A stretch of DNA of 64,000 bases from Octopus sinensis (lineage: Eukaryota), in contig NC_042999.1 of assembly GCF_006345805.1 (NCBI RefSeq), positions 122,264,001-122,328,000 on the forward strand, written 5' to 3'. The position numbers and the translations under genes were made by a program. A model generated the notes under the pieces. It was not told where the DNA came from and did no database searches. It was given only the letters and a program-made list of their open reading frames with translations. Shown piece after piece: positions 26,561-39,789 of this stretch. Every line of letters begins with the position of its first letter. The stretch's first letter is position 1.

Positions 26561-27034
26561 TGAAAATAGAATAACCATGTAAGAAACAGATAAGCAAACA
26601 TCAGTAAATATTTATAATTACAAGGTTTTCCTAATCCTAAAGTTCACTCCAAATTTTACTGAACCCTAAAGAATAACAAAGTTCTCATATCGAACCAAAG
26701 TTTTTGTCATAAATTTCTAGCCTTACACACATGTACTTTGCAGCTATTCTTTTCAACACCCCCATCCTACTTAGTTACTTCTCTGATAATACCTGTGCTA
26801 TACCTAATCATCATTTCACACAACTTGACCACCACAACCACCACCACAAAAAAAAAAAACTTGTCAAAGATCCCATCAAGTCAGGAATAGCTGTAGGGCA
26901 GTTGAATATCGGTAAACTAGCAGAAACTTCAAAGTTACCATCAACCTTCTCTTTGTAAAAGTTTGATCAATATATATATATATTAATATATTTATATATT
27001 AATATATTTATATATTAATATACTGATTATTATC

Positions 27035-27250
27035 AAGGTGGTGAGCTAGCAGAACTGTTAGCAAGTTGGACAAAATGCCTAGTGACATTTCATTTGTCTT
27101 TTCATTCTGAGTTCAGATTCTGCTGAGGTTGACTTTACATTTCATCTTTTCAGGGTTGATAAAATAAGTACCAGTTGATCACTAGGGTTGATGTAATCAA
27201 CTTGCACCATTCCCTCAAATTGTTGGCCATGCATCTAAAATTGAAACCAA
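27035..27250 (+). mobile_element. MetaSINE-like SINE
   Basis: Homologous to 15088, with a ttgaaaccaa tail. Confidence 0.8.
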
Positions 27251-28564
27251 TATATTAATTACATATATATATATTTATATACAGAAAACAAAGTTATATT
27301 TTTCCACATGGGTAGAAATATAGAAAAAGTTGAAAGTGCATTTTCAACAACTTCTTTTATGTATGTGTGTATATCTCTGTGTGTTCGTGCATGTCTGTGT
27401 GTGCATTAAGATATATATATATGCATACACACACACCACAAATATATATACACACACTCACATGTTCACACATATAGAGAGAAATATATGAGTAGTAGTT
27501 ACTAATGGATTCCTGTACATAATAGTAAACCAATTTGTAGAATAAAACAAAAATAACTCACTTATACAGGGTACAACAAATTCAACAACAAGTAAAAATA
27601 CAAAAAAAACTACATGTTATAAGAATAGATGAATATATCATAAAGACATGATTATCATATCTAATCACGTATAAGCCACCAGGATTAAAAACTTTCTCAT
27701 CAGTGTGAATCTGCAAATCCTGCATATCAGAGAATATACATGTGATAGCTAGTGTAATATCTCAACTTTAATGCAAGCAAAAAAGCTCCAAACTTAAGGA
27801 TTACATTAAGTATGCAAGTGAGATACTTTGCTGCTGGTTGAGGCAACTTTCATTACAAGAGCTTTCACAGTGTGCAGAACAGAAAACAGAACTAGAAAGA
27901 AAACCATTTGTTGATAAAATTGTGAGCCTTCATAGAATTTTACAAAAAGCTAAGATGATTAACCAAGGAAGCCTTTCAATAACTAATTACAAGCTAAAAT
28001 ATCCATGTACTTGTATAGCATACATAACCTCAACTATGAAGTTTTCTGAAGTTTATTGATTAAGCAACTTTAAAATCAGTGAGGATGAATTTACCATCAT
28101 TCCCATTATCCAATGATTCCAACTACAAATCAAGGTAACAACATGCTGTTGTCATCATTTTATTCTAAAGACAAAGCAACTGTGAAGATGTTGAAACATG
28201 AATGAACAATGGGATATCATTTTTTTGACAAAGAAAAAAAATTTTGAAGTTCAACGTAGTTGTATTTTGAAAGTAGAATGTTTGAAAGAAAAACTTCCAT
28301 ATACTTTATTATTCAATTCTTTCTTCATTTTATGTCTGTTTTCCTATGCGACCATGTGCCGCATGAATATTTATAATTGAGATAGTATTTTACAACCAGA
28401 TGCCCTTCTTATTACTAACCCTCATCTGTCCTCTAAACTGCTTGGCCAACAGACCACCTAGTATTCCAACATAGTGAAGTGAAGTACTGAGTGTCAATGC
28501 AGTTGAAATCAAGAAGATCCAGTCAATACACCAGAAAATGTCAGTCAGTATAAGAGGTGAATAT

Positions 28565-28960
28565 ATTTATTTAACTATTTGACATCCTTAGGATTACAGC
28601 CATTTTACAGCTTTCTTTATATAGTAATAATTTTTGAGTGAAATACATGATGTTTACATGTTTGCATTAATATGCATGCTACACATTATATAATACAATT
28701 TGTATATTTACAAATCAATGCAAATAAAAAAAGCTAGTTCATCAGACCGCCAGAACTGAGTTGAATCATTGGTGTAACCATGATGTTCTAGTGATCAAAT
28801 GAGCTAGCTTTCTTTATTTGTAATGATTTGTGAATATACAGCTGTGTATATTAATGCAAACATGTAAACATAATTTCTTCCACCCTGAAATTATTACTAC
28901 ATAAAGAAAGCTGCAAAATGGCTGTCAATTTGTTAAAAGGCTATCAACTGGTTAAATAAA
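28565..28960. mobile_element. About 390-bp fold-back MITE-like element bounded by TTAA
   Basis: Arms acagccattttacagctttctttat..., tgtttacatgtttgcattaatat..., aaagctagttcat are mirrored on the right; ttaa at 28571 and 28952. Confidence 0.8.
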
Positions 28961-29127
28961 CATAGTCACCTATCATACCTTCTGACTTTTTCTAGTTCAT
29001 AGATATATATTTATGTGTATGTTTATGTGTACATATTACTGTCTCCTTGACATCATGTGATAGTTGGAAGTGAATGAATGTCACCATTATGTAAATGGTG
29101 TTCTTCACTACTGAGCTTCTAGGAAAA

Positions 29128-29340
29128 TACAAGGGGGTGCTGAAAAGTTCCTGGCTTTAAGGATATTGTGAAAGGCCTGGTTGGAAGCCCAACATTCCAA
29201 GTTCTTTTACAAGGCTTAAAAAAAATGAAGGACCACTGCAATAAGTATGTGAATCCAAGAGGGGAATAGGTGGAATAAAATCATAATTAACTGTATTTTC
29301 TTTTAGCGAAATCCAGGAACTTTTCAGTACCCACCTTGTA
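29128..29340 (+). mobile_element. Mariner-derived MITE
   Basis: TIRs tacaagggggtgctgaaaagttcctgg / ccaggaacttttcagtacccaccttgta with TA ends; internal sequence is homologous to 4504-4723. Confidence 0.8.
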
Positions 29341-30869
29341 TATCTGGTAATGGGAGATATTATCTTACAAATAGGTTAGAAACAGCAACCAGATGTAGAA
29401 AATACATCTCAAGAAATTTCATCCAACCCATGCAAGCATGGAAAGTAGACATTAAACAGTGATGAGGATGATGCTGATATACTTTCTCACACACACTCAT
29501 ACATGGAGTATGGTGCAGTTTTTTGGTTCTGTCAGGTCATGTTAAATCATCCAACCCATACCAGCATGGAAAAGGGACGTTAGCTGGTGATATATGTATG
29601 TATGTATGTGTGTATGAATGCATTTTTAGTAAACAGCCTAAATAATACTTTGAAGCACTTAATTTGTGTGAATTTGGTTTGGTTCATCTCTTGATATTTA
29701 CTCTCTCAGTATACATTTGAATGGAAATAGGTTTAAGATATGATCATATAGTTTTTGTTTTTCTGTGAGAATTTTGCATTAAAATCAAAATTTGACAAGT
29801 AACACATCCAGCAACAGAATTATCCTGATTTTGAAATGGCTTGATATCTTAGCATGACATGCATTTTCTCATTTCTCTGTTTTGGGTTAATATAGAAATT
29901 CTATAATGTCATAAATTGAATTGTAAAGTAAGTAACCACTAACCTATTTCTAGTGTGCAAAGATTAAATTGTTACATTATTGGTGCTGCCAGTGTCTGTT
30001 ACTTACTCTGATATACTGAATAGGTAATGTTTTGCAGTAAAAAATCCAATGTCCTCATGATCATCAAAAAGCGAATATATATGTTTCCAATAATATTTGT
30101 AAACTTCACAGATTCCTATATTTCTTTTCACATGCAATAGTTGCAGGGCTATATTGGTCTTCAGATGATATTCATTTTCATATACAAATCTATTCTTTAC
30201 TGCTTCTACATCTAGTACAGTTGACTCATTCTAAGTGCAAAGATTAGACAATATCTATGAAAAAGCCACATGCAGTTGACTTATTTTCATGCATAAATTT
30301 TGCAAATGGATGATATAAATTTACTAATTAATTTTTGTCCTGTTTTTGGCTTCTTTTCTTCTGAAGTTGTTAACTTTATGCCATAAATACCTCACCCTAT
30401 TCCAGGTATTTGCTTCTCTTCCTTTTGTCATTTATACATTAATTTACATATTACACTCTTTATTAAACATTTTATTGACTGTTTTATCTTCAGGCATATA
30501 TCCATATATCCATCTGGAAACTGCTTAACAACTATCACCTCACACGGCTTCCAATGAATTCTCATGATTATTTTAAATACTTATTTTAAATGCTTAATTT
30601 AAATGTCAAACCAAACCAAACTCCCTTCTTTGTAAGACAACAACAAGTGAAATTTTTAATTAAATGTCGATCACTATACCTTGTTATTTATCAATCAAGA
30701 GAAGACTGTTAATACAGAAAAGGAACACATAAAATTTTGATACAGTGTACATAGTGTAAACTAAATGTTCACAAGAAGTACAATGGAATCATAGACAGTC
30801 TGACAGCAAAAAAAAAATTTAATATGCACAGAAGTAGTTAACAGTAAAACTGCACAGAGAGCAAATTCT

Positions 30870-31335
30870 TTTAAATGACTGGACCTTATTAGTAGTGGAG
30901 ATGAGTGCTTTAAAAGCATAGTAGCAAGATTAAGGACAGGTCAAGGGAATACTCATTCAGAGTGAAGGGTAGATTGTATATAATGCATTTATAGATTGGC
31001 ATTTGATGTGCAATGTCTCATAGGTAATGAAATATGAGCATTGGATGTAGGGTATATACAACAGTTGGAAAGAAATGAAGCAAGCATTCTTTAGTGGCTG
31101 TGTAACGTTTGTGTGTATGAACAATGCAACACAAATGAGTTGAGAGAAAAACTAATTATAAGAAGACTTGGATATAGTGTACAAGTGCATAGACTGTACT
31201 AGCTCTAATATGGAATGCAAACAGAGGATGATACTTGGGTAAAGAGAAACACCAAATGATCAAATATGAATGAACCTACAGTAAAGAAAGGTCAAAGATG
31301 ACATGGTATAAGTGGTGAATGCTGATCTCAGGTTG
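30870..31335 (+). mobile_element. Decayed RTE LINE C-terminal fragment
   Basis: ..FRVKGRLY..; LERNEASIL*WLCNVCV..NELREKLIIR.., an RTE post-RT pattern. Confidence 0.65.
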
Positions 31336-31639
31336 CTGAATTTCATAAATTTCTCTTTCGAGAATCAAATCTAAGTGCCTCACTGTTCTACTGTTTTCAC
31401 TCATATCTCATGATATATCTCTAAGCTATTTCTTCAGTCTTTACTAATAATGCCTCTGAAATCTCATCACTTCATCAGTTAAATTTACTTCAGTTTGATA
31501 TAAGTTCCTTAGTTTAAAGAAGATAATTGTAGGGATGATTCTAATTGGTAGTTCATAGTCATTTATTACTGATACATGTAATGCAGGAATATAGTTTACC
31601 TTTTGAATTTAACGAATACTAAAACCAGTAGGTATTTAA

Positions 31640-31850
31640 CCCTTTTCATACCAACCTGCCTGGCACTGTAGTACAAATGTCTTGTTTTCAAAAGTTCTGA
31701 ATTAAAAACTTCCACCAAACCTTAGTCACAATTTATGTTCCTAACACTAGCTTAATTGATAACTGAGTTACTTTACTAAATTCTTTGTTACATTTAAAAT
31801 TAATTGAAAGACACACAGAGCATCTCAACAGAAATATGGTAAGAAATGGG
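31640..31850. mobile_element. TTAA-flanked MITE with CCC...GGG termini (piggyBac-like)
   Basis: TTAA|cccttttcatacca ... tggtaagaaatggg|TTAA. Confidence 0.75.
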
Positions 31851-32968
31851 TTAATATCTAAAGATAGGAGGTTATTTTCTTAAAAGAATGAAGTCTTTGT
31901 GATTTGTTAATGTTGGCAGTAAACCTGTACTACAGAAATACCTATGCTCGAAAATAATAGCAGCTGCTTTGACTCTTCAACTTAAGAGTTTGAGAAGTGT
32001 GCTAAACAATGGTAAATGTAAATAAATCAGACAACTAAATATCAAACTTGATTCTGTTGCCATTCATTTGAAGTGCTTCAGATCATTAACCAGAATGTAC
32101 TAAGAGACTGATAAATACTGCTGAAAATTTAACCCAAAGCTTAATGTTTCCATCATGTTAGTTATGTCTGATGACAAGTTTCTCCAAAGTGTCTCTGCCA
32201 AATGAAAATAATTTAATGTGCCAATCAGTACAATCTATCAACTATTTTTGGCAAGGATAAATTTTATTTTGGCTATATTACAACATTTTATTTTAAAAAA
32301 TACAGATAAAATAATTTTTGAAATAAAAATTCTTGAACTATTACCATATATTCTTTGGAAATACATAGAAAGCTATTAAGTTATACTTTTATTCTTATTT
32401 TTGCCTTAAAGAAGACATCATTTGACAAAATTGTATTTCTTCTGCAAATTCAATATAAGTTTTTAGTTCTTGTTATTAAAAGTTTTCTAATTATATATCT
32501 TAATTATATCATTATCAATCTCATACAAGTTTCTTAAATATATGTTAAAAAGAGGCTTAGCAAAAGAACCTTCAGGATGTAGTTCATTATCTGAAATTAA
32601 CAATTTCTTTAAGCCATCAAAATAAATTAGAAATAAACAGTGCAAAAATATTTCATTGAGGAATGTTTACCATGAACTGAGTTACAAAATCATATGTACT
32701 AGAAAAGTGTAGTAAAATTATTGTTGACATTTTCAACAGTACTCAACAGATTTATAAAACAAAAGTGGATAAAAAAATAAGGAGCTTTCACTTTTATTCA
32801 CTTTTGCATTTGCTTTATATTTCTGTGCAGCACTATTTAAAATATGTAAATACTTATGTACTATGTACCATTCAATCTTGATTAATCCATCACTAAAAGT
32901 AAGTAAAATCTCAAATTGAATTGTAGAAATACTATTAAGAAAGTTTACAACCCCTTCTGTTTGGACAG

Positions 32969-33023
32969 ACGTAATGAATTTAAGAGATTTGATAGCAATC
33001 CTAGAGGATGTCTTAATGGACAT
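32969..33023 (+). CDS. Candidate exon (RNEFKRFDSNPRGCLNGH, or alternative frame DVMNLRDLIAILEDVLMD)
   Basis: ccccttctgtttggacag| acceptor, CAT|gtaata donor; the phase 2->0 frame joins 33662 in frame. Confidence 0.45.
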
Positions 33024-33415
33024 GTAATAACTCTTTTCCTTAACCTATCAATAAAGTAGTTATGACTAATAAGAAGAAATAAATGCTTGAATTCTAAAGA
33101 AAAGAGTTCATTCATATTTCAGTTTCTAATAATAATTTAATTTATTATAATACATCTATACATCTGTGATTAAATCTTTTGGTTCACATAACCTGCATTG
33201 TGCTAGATTTTATGTGTGTATATACTCCAATGGAATTCCAACTATTATTCTCTCTAATCTCTTCTAAAATTGACTTTATTAAGAATGTGAATTCCAATAA
33301 TTTGAATAATTTTTTTAATTATCAAATTCAACAAAAACACAATTCTTTAATATAGCTATTTGTTACAAGCTTTTGAATGAACAAGCTAAACTACCATTTA
33401 ATATGTAGGATTTAT

Positions 33416-33612
33416 AAGGTGGCGAGCTGGCAGAAATGTTAGCATGCTGGGTGAAATGCTTAGTGGTATTTTGTTTGTCTTTACGTTCTGAGTTCAAACT
33501 CTGCAGAGGTTGACTTTCCCATTCATCCTTTCGGGGGTCAATAAAATGAATACCAGTTGAATTCTAGGGTGGATGTAAATGACTTATCCCCACTTCCACA
33601 AAATTGCTGGTA
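33416..33612 (+). mobile_element. MetaSINE-like SINE
   Basis: aaggtggcgagctggcagaaatgttagc... homologous to 15088. Confidence 0.8.
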
Positions 33613-33661
33613 AAATCAATATTTACGATGTGTTCTTACTAATTAAAATATATTTTCACAG

Positions 33662-33716
33662 CTTCCTCAGTTTAATAAACTTGAGAAATATTATAATCCA
33701 AAATGGGAAATTAAAC
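33662..33716 (+). CDS. Candidate exon (LPQFNKLEKYYNPKWEIK)
   Basis: aatatattttcacag| and AAAC|gtatga; open in phase 0->1; protein-like composition. Confidence 0.55.
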
Positions 33717-34541
33717 GTATGAGTATATGTGTTGGAAGAACACAAATGTAGGATTAAAGTGCTATTGTAGTCAATAACTGTATGGGACTTTAGTCATACT
33801 CCAGTCATTATTAGATGCTCCTTATCAAGCTGTATTACACTGTTTGCTTTGTTAGTCTTTTTACTTGATATTTGTACTATTATTTAGATGAAAGGGCATC
33901 TAGTTATTATAGTTTCATCATTATTATTCAAATGTTCAAATATTAGTTTATCCACGGCATTTAAAAAAAATTTGTTTAATTTATTAAATAAGTGTTTGAA
34001 ATAAGAAAAGCTACTAATTTCACTCTGCAAATTTCCTGTTCACATGACTTCAATGACTCAGAGCATTTAATTATATTTTCACCCTTCATGGCGATTTCTT
34101 TGGCAATATTATTTCAGCCTGTATTTTTTTTTTATTTTTAATTCATCAGTCTTCATAAATTCATAGTAAACATTGCAAACATTACAGAACTTCATTCCTT
34201 CTTTTTATATTTTTATATTTCCATCAATAGAAACTTCCAATATTTTAAGGGTTTGTATTAATCATATCTTCTCACAATGTTCTCTTTCCATACATTGTGT
34301 GTGTGTGGTTTGTGTTTAAAACCACCAGTTCATCCCTGTGTGAATGTTAAGAGTAAAAAGTAAGTTCTCAAAATTGATTTTTCTTCCTACTTTGATGCCT
34401 ATTAAAAACACAATTTAGTATTTTCAATATTTGTATTTATAACCAATGAGTTATGTTATAACCATAAAAGAATATTACAAATGGTCTGGAAAGTTTTAGG
34501 GATTTTATATAATGTCTATTTTTGTGTTGCTTTTTATGCAG

Positions 34542-34571
34542 CTAAAATAATAACCTCTTCAACTGAAAATA
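34542..34571 (+). CDS. Candidate 30-nt exon (PKIITSSTEN)
   Basis: Very strong acceptor tatttttgtgttgctttttatgcag| and donor |gtgagt; only phase 1 is open; in frame with 33662-33716. Confidence 0.5.
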
Positions 34572-34984
34572 GTGAGTTGTTTTATACCCGCGAAGCTAAC
34601 TTGTCAACAGTAAATCAATGCAATAAAAGCAAAGCTAACCGACTTCGGTTCACAACTTGCTAAATTACACACTCTTAAAAGGAGATTTATTAATCATAAT
34701 GTTGTTCATTCTTCTAATTTATTAATTGTCTCTGGTTTTAAAAGAAATATTATAGAAGATATGTTATATAAGTATCTATTTTGAACAATGCTAAACCATT
34801 TTATATCATCTATTTTCAGTTCAAAATTACTATAGCTCTTTTATAAGAAATATAGCCATACTAAAGAAAGGGAAACCTGATTAATAATGATTCTTTGAAA
34901 CATTAAACTTTGATAAATTACAGCAGAGATAAAAAAAACAAAACTATTTTTAATCTTTTCAATGTTATTGATAGTAAATTACAG

Positions 34985-35060
34985 TATGGAATAAATATGA
35001 TGTGCTTCAGCATGATGCTATAGCACTCAGACAAAGAACTACTGAATCCATAGACATTGG
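34985..35060 (+). CDS. Candidate exon (IWNKYDVLQHDAIALRQRTTESIDIG)
   Basis: taaattacag| acceptor, open in phase 1->2, stops on both sides; the donor gtagag is weak. Confidence 0.3.
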
Positions 35061-35601
35061 GTAGAGTCCAAATCTGAAAATTTCAAATATTCATGCTCTA
35101 AGGTTTATGTATGCACAAAGAGAACTGTCCTTTTGTGAAATAACTTGTCTTTCTACCCTTCATTAAATATCTTTACATTTTTCATGCTCGCTACATTGTA
35201 ATGCCACGACAATTTATAGATGGAAATATGCTGCAGAATGATGGAAGAAATATTAATCTAATCCTATTCTAAAATGATTTATTCTTCTCCTCATATGGTA
35301 ATTAAACATTTCAAATTGAAGAATAAAATAAGATTATATCATGTTTTATATAAGTTAGGATTTATGTAGCTTATGATTCATTGTATGAAAATGACAATAG
35401 TGAGCTTTTACCAAGCTTGAACAGTCTTTTAAGTGCAATATGATTTACACAAAATGTAGCAGAATTATAATTAGTGACAATAGCATATTTTAATTTATTT
35501 AACTAAGTGGCATGCTAGTTTAAAATAAATGGTGAAAAAGTTCTACGCATTTTATGTTAAACTAGACAAAATATTATATTTTATTATTTAATGAAACATT
35601 T

Positions 35602-35919
35602 TTTAAAGAAATTTTTTCGCCCTTTTCAAGCCTAGCCAGGTTCATGGGCCTGGTTTCCCGGTTTCTGTGGCATATGTGTTCCCTCCAGCTGGATAGGATG
35701 CCAGTCCATCGTAGCATTACTCAAGAAACACGAAGAGAGAGTGAGAGAAAGTTGTGGTGAAAGAGTACAACAAGGGTCGCCACCACCACCTGCTGGAGCC
35801 TCGTGGAGCTTTTAGGTGTATTCGCTTAATAAACACACACAATGCCTGGTCTGGGAATCAAAACCACGATCCTCCGACCACGAGTCCACTGCTCTAACCA
35901 CTGGGCCATTGCGCCTCCC
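35602..35919 (-). mobile_element. V-SINE-like tRNA SINE with 12-bp TSD
   Basis: Homologous to 2930-3234; TSD aatgaaacattt at 35590-35601 and 35920-35931. Confidence 0.85.
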
Positions 35920-36619
35920 AATGAAACATTTAATATATAGTATTTAGAAGAGGAGAAAGAGATTGGGGTAGATGTATGAAAAGGGTCTGGATGGGATGAT
36001 ATACAAACAGTTGGTTCAGATAAACTGAGGCAGTTATAGCCAGTGGTGCTAGAAGAGACTGAGAAAATAAACAGTGGTTTAGTGGACTAGAAGTTGAAGC
36101 CTGTTAGTGAGTGAATTGTTGCAGATTAGTCAGATGAAAACATTTTTGGTCCGGTTGATGAAACATTTTTACTATTACCATTAATAATTTCTCTGAAACT
36201 CAAGTTGAGTTACAAATAAGAGATTCGTGATAATTTTACGAATGCTATCAATCCTGACATACCATCTAATAGTCAGATTACTAGTACAATTATGACAACA
36301 TATGAAGATGTAATAAAATATATCTTAGAGCTTTTAGCATTTGTTTTTCTATACCTGGATGCTCTTAATGTCACAAAACTCCACCTGTTTCCAAGCAAAG
36401 TAATATTTTCCTCAAGTCTATCAAACAAAGAGCACAATTACTTGACATGTTTCCAAGGGAGATTTCAAATAAATATCACTGTTTGTATAGCAGTAATGCT
36501 CATTTGTATAGCAGTAATGCTCATTTACAACAACATGAACACCTGCAAATACACATTAATACATGTATATCTGCCTGCCTGCCTGTCTGTCTACCTATCT
36601 ATATTTGTTTATTTATTAT

Positions 36620-36810
36620 CATCAGCAACAGCATCATTTTACATTTGTTTTCTATGCTGGTATGGATGGGATGGTCTTAACAGGTTGGAGGGCCTCATCT
36701 CCCTCTAAAGTCTCATTTTGGTACGATTATTATGAATGGATGCCCTTGGTAACACCAACCACTTTACAGAGTGTATTGGGTGCATTTTTGTGGCACTAGC
36801 ACTACAAGAG
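36620..36810 (-). mobile_element. RTE-tailed repeat fragment
   Basis: tttctatgctggtatggatggg...ggatgcccttggtaacaccaaccactttacagagtgtattggg. Confidence 0.65.
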
Positions 36811-37303
36811 TTACTTTGTCATCAGCATGAATGAAAAGCCATCTCAATGATGTTCAAATCAATTATCAATCATTTTATTATTGCTTTGCAACTTACAAAG
36901 TGAAAGAGATTAGATTTATTTGGGGAAGATTGTACAGTGACAAACAAGACAAGAAATATTTGGTATCAAGTTGTAATTCGGCATCAACTATAGAAACTGA
37001 CCTACAATTTTTTTAAATTGAGAAGCTGTTGTTATATTAATTCAGCCATTATTATAGTATAATTGCAATAAATTCAATACCAGGCCTTTTCAGTTTTATG
37101 ATTTTTGTAGATGGTTCTGGTTAAGATAGTCCAAGATTAATTTACCTATACATTTATGATAGAAGTCTCACTGGAAATTGTCAAGGATTTTGTTATCGAT
37201 GTCTGCCAAATAAAAGGCTGGCTTCATCATGATTTAGTGAATATTTATGTACATATGTGGCTAGCTTTATTTGGCTTACTTTAAAGAGATAAGCAGATAA
37301 ATG

Positions 37304-37343
37304 AACTCAAAATCATGAGTCATTTGACTCGTGATTTTGAGTT
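37304..37343. repeat. 40-nt near-perfect palindrome
   Basis: aactcaaaatcatgagtca-tt-tgactcgtgattttgagtt; 18/19 Watson-Crick pairs plus one U.G pair. Confidence 0.9.
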
Positions 37344-37418
37344 TGGATCCTCTAGCAAGTATTTATATCACTGAAAAATATTCACCATTATACTTTTCTT
37401 TTTAACTCACTACAACAG

Positions 37419-37455
37419 GTCTTCTTGGAAATTTTCTGGATATAAAAAGGCAAAA
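37419..37455 (+). CDS. Candidate exon (SSWKFSGYKKAK)
   Basis: Strong acceptor cttttctttttaactcactacaacag|; donor |gtatac is moderate; phase 2->0 fits 34985 and 40578. Confidence 0.3.
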
Positions 37456-38958
37456 GTATACCATGATCTACTTAATGCAACAAAAATTAAATCTAGTTAA
37501 TAACCTTTAATCCACAGTAGTTCGTTCAAGCTCAACAATTTTTCATACCTAGTTTGTGCCTTTTTCTTTGTAATTCCATTCTTTCTCTTTCAAAGATATA
37601 CTTTTTGTTTTGATTTTGTTACACTACTTTAAATGAAGTTGATTACTTTATGTGAATTCAATTAGGTTCACAGATACTATATGTAGAAACTTTCTAAATA
37701 GATTTACTATAAGTTTAGAAAAATTGTACATTGTAAATATAGAATCACACTCTAATGAAATATTGACATGTTTACTCACTTTTGGACAAAATGTTGTGAA
37801 GATATTCCAGTAGTTATAGTCACTCATAATTGCATAAGCATTATCTTCTGTACAAGGCTGATAGAATTTCCTTTTGTTATTTGTCAATCACTATTATATT
37901 TGCAGATATATTGGGGCATTTTGGCATGTTTTACTAAACTTAATAATATTGCTATTAATTTGTCCATAAAAGTAACTTTTCTTTTTCTGATATGTCATAT
38001 TAATCTCTTTCATTCAAACATAAATAAGTGTCAAGAGCAAAATTAATATTGATTGTGGCTAATTACATTACTGAGTTTCAGAAGAATTCAGTAAAACACC
38101 AACTCTGTATTTGAAATTGTTACATGTCCTTTGAGGAGGAGGAGGCAAAATACTTTAAAATTGCAACAGGTTACTTCAGTAGTATAATAGATGGAAATTT
38201 TTGTAAGATTAAATATTTAACACAGACAAATAGCTTTTAAATGTTAAATTTCTAAATATAGATTATATAAAGATAAGACAGAAAAGAGATATATATACTG
38301 TGTATGTATATATATATGTATGTATGTATGTATGTGTGCATATTGTATATGTATGTATGTGTGTGTATTGTCATTTAAAGCTTAATACTACAAATCATTA
38401 CTATCGTAGTATTTGCATGAAAACATTTTAAGAATGGTGTACATGTTACAAAATCCACAAAATCAGGGTAAGGATATTGCAATAACACAATAACTTTGGA
38501 AGTGGAGAAATATTGTGATGGAAGTTGTTAAAATCTACTTGAGTAAGAAACTGGAGTAAGTAGTGAGTTTTGAGTAAATATTTCAGTACTGGTATTGAGT
38601 CCATTTTGCTTAATTGCAAATTCAATCCAATGGGTCTACATCATGTTTATGTGGGCAAAGTTACTGCATATGAACTGTGCACACTTATGTTTCCTTGTGT
38701 TTGGGTGTGTGTGTGTGTGTGTGTGTGTACATATTAGAACATTTATAGATAAAAGGTCTTACAGCTGTTTCCATGATATTTATTAATTATATCCCTTCAT
38801 CGGAGACAGTGTGAGAGGATGGTTAAGTAATAGTTAATTTAGATAGGATATTTATATATATATATAAGTTCTGCAAAGTTTAGATTCAAAAGAATATGGT
38901 ACTTAAGTCAGAGGCACCAGAATTTTGTATGGTATTATTCATATAAATCCATGGGGTG

Positions 38959-38994
<36 letters not shown>

Positions 38995-39789
38995 TATACA
39001 CACACATATATTTGTGTGTGTGTGTATGCATGCACATACACACACAAAGAAAGAACGAAAAAGAAGGAGAGAGCTGCATACATATACATGTGTGTTCACA
39101 ATCTAAAGATGGATAACTGTTACTCAAAGAACTCAGTACAAGTTAAATAACACATATCAGTATACACACACACACACACACACACACATACACACACACA
39201 CGCAGACACACACACACAATTCTGGATTTTAAAATAGTATTCTGCAGAACAGAAACCATATTATGAAGATGTCAAAGCCTTTTACTATTTGCTATTAAAA
39301 TATGCAACAATAGTGATAATGAAACAATCACACAACAACCTGAAGGAATTAGCTATTTAAGAAATACTAAATGTTTATGAAAATCTAACATTCATTTAAG
39401 AGAGAAGTCTTCAAGATAACAGGAAGTAACTAGATAAAGCAGTGCTAGCATTGGTGTAATGAGGCTATTCACTGAAATTTCTATCAATCAGATATTTCCT
39501 GCTCAGTGAGGAATTGTATGAACAGATGAATAGATTACAATCTCGTTTCACAATGAAAGTGAAGAAATAAAACAAGTGTCACTTCTTCATATACTATGAG
39601 AAGACAATATGTATGATTATATCTGTCTGCCGGAAATTCAGTAATATGTACACTCCAGTTATTATCAATCAAAGATTATGCAGATATAGGGTGTTAACTG
39701 TATTGATCTGTTGAAGTTTCTTACTTAACTCATCTCCAATGTTTTGAATAGTATCTGAAAACATAAGTATTACAATATATGATCCTTGT

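Noticed and set aside
32969-33023. Resemblance of MNLRDLIAILE to the TAF4 motif VNLRDLIFCLE
   Set aside because: Short match with no flanking similarity, and that frame does not join the next exon.
26073-33716. Several candidate exons are all 55 nt (26073, 28080, 32969, 33662)
   Set aside because: No sequence similarity among them; probably coincidence or selection bias in my manual scan.
34637-34663. Helitron-like 3' end (hairpin then CTAA)
   Set aside because: Not followed by T and no Helitron 5' TC end was identified.
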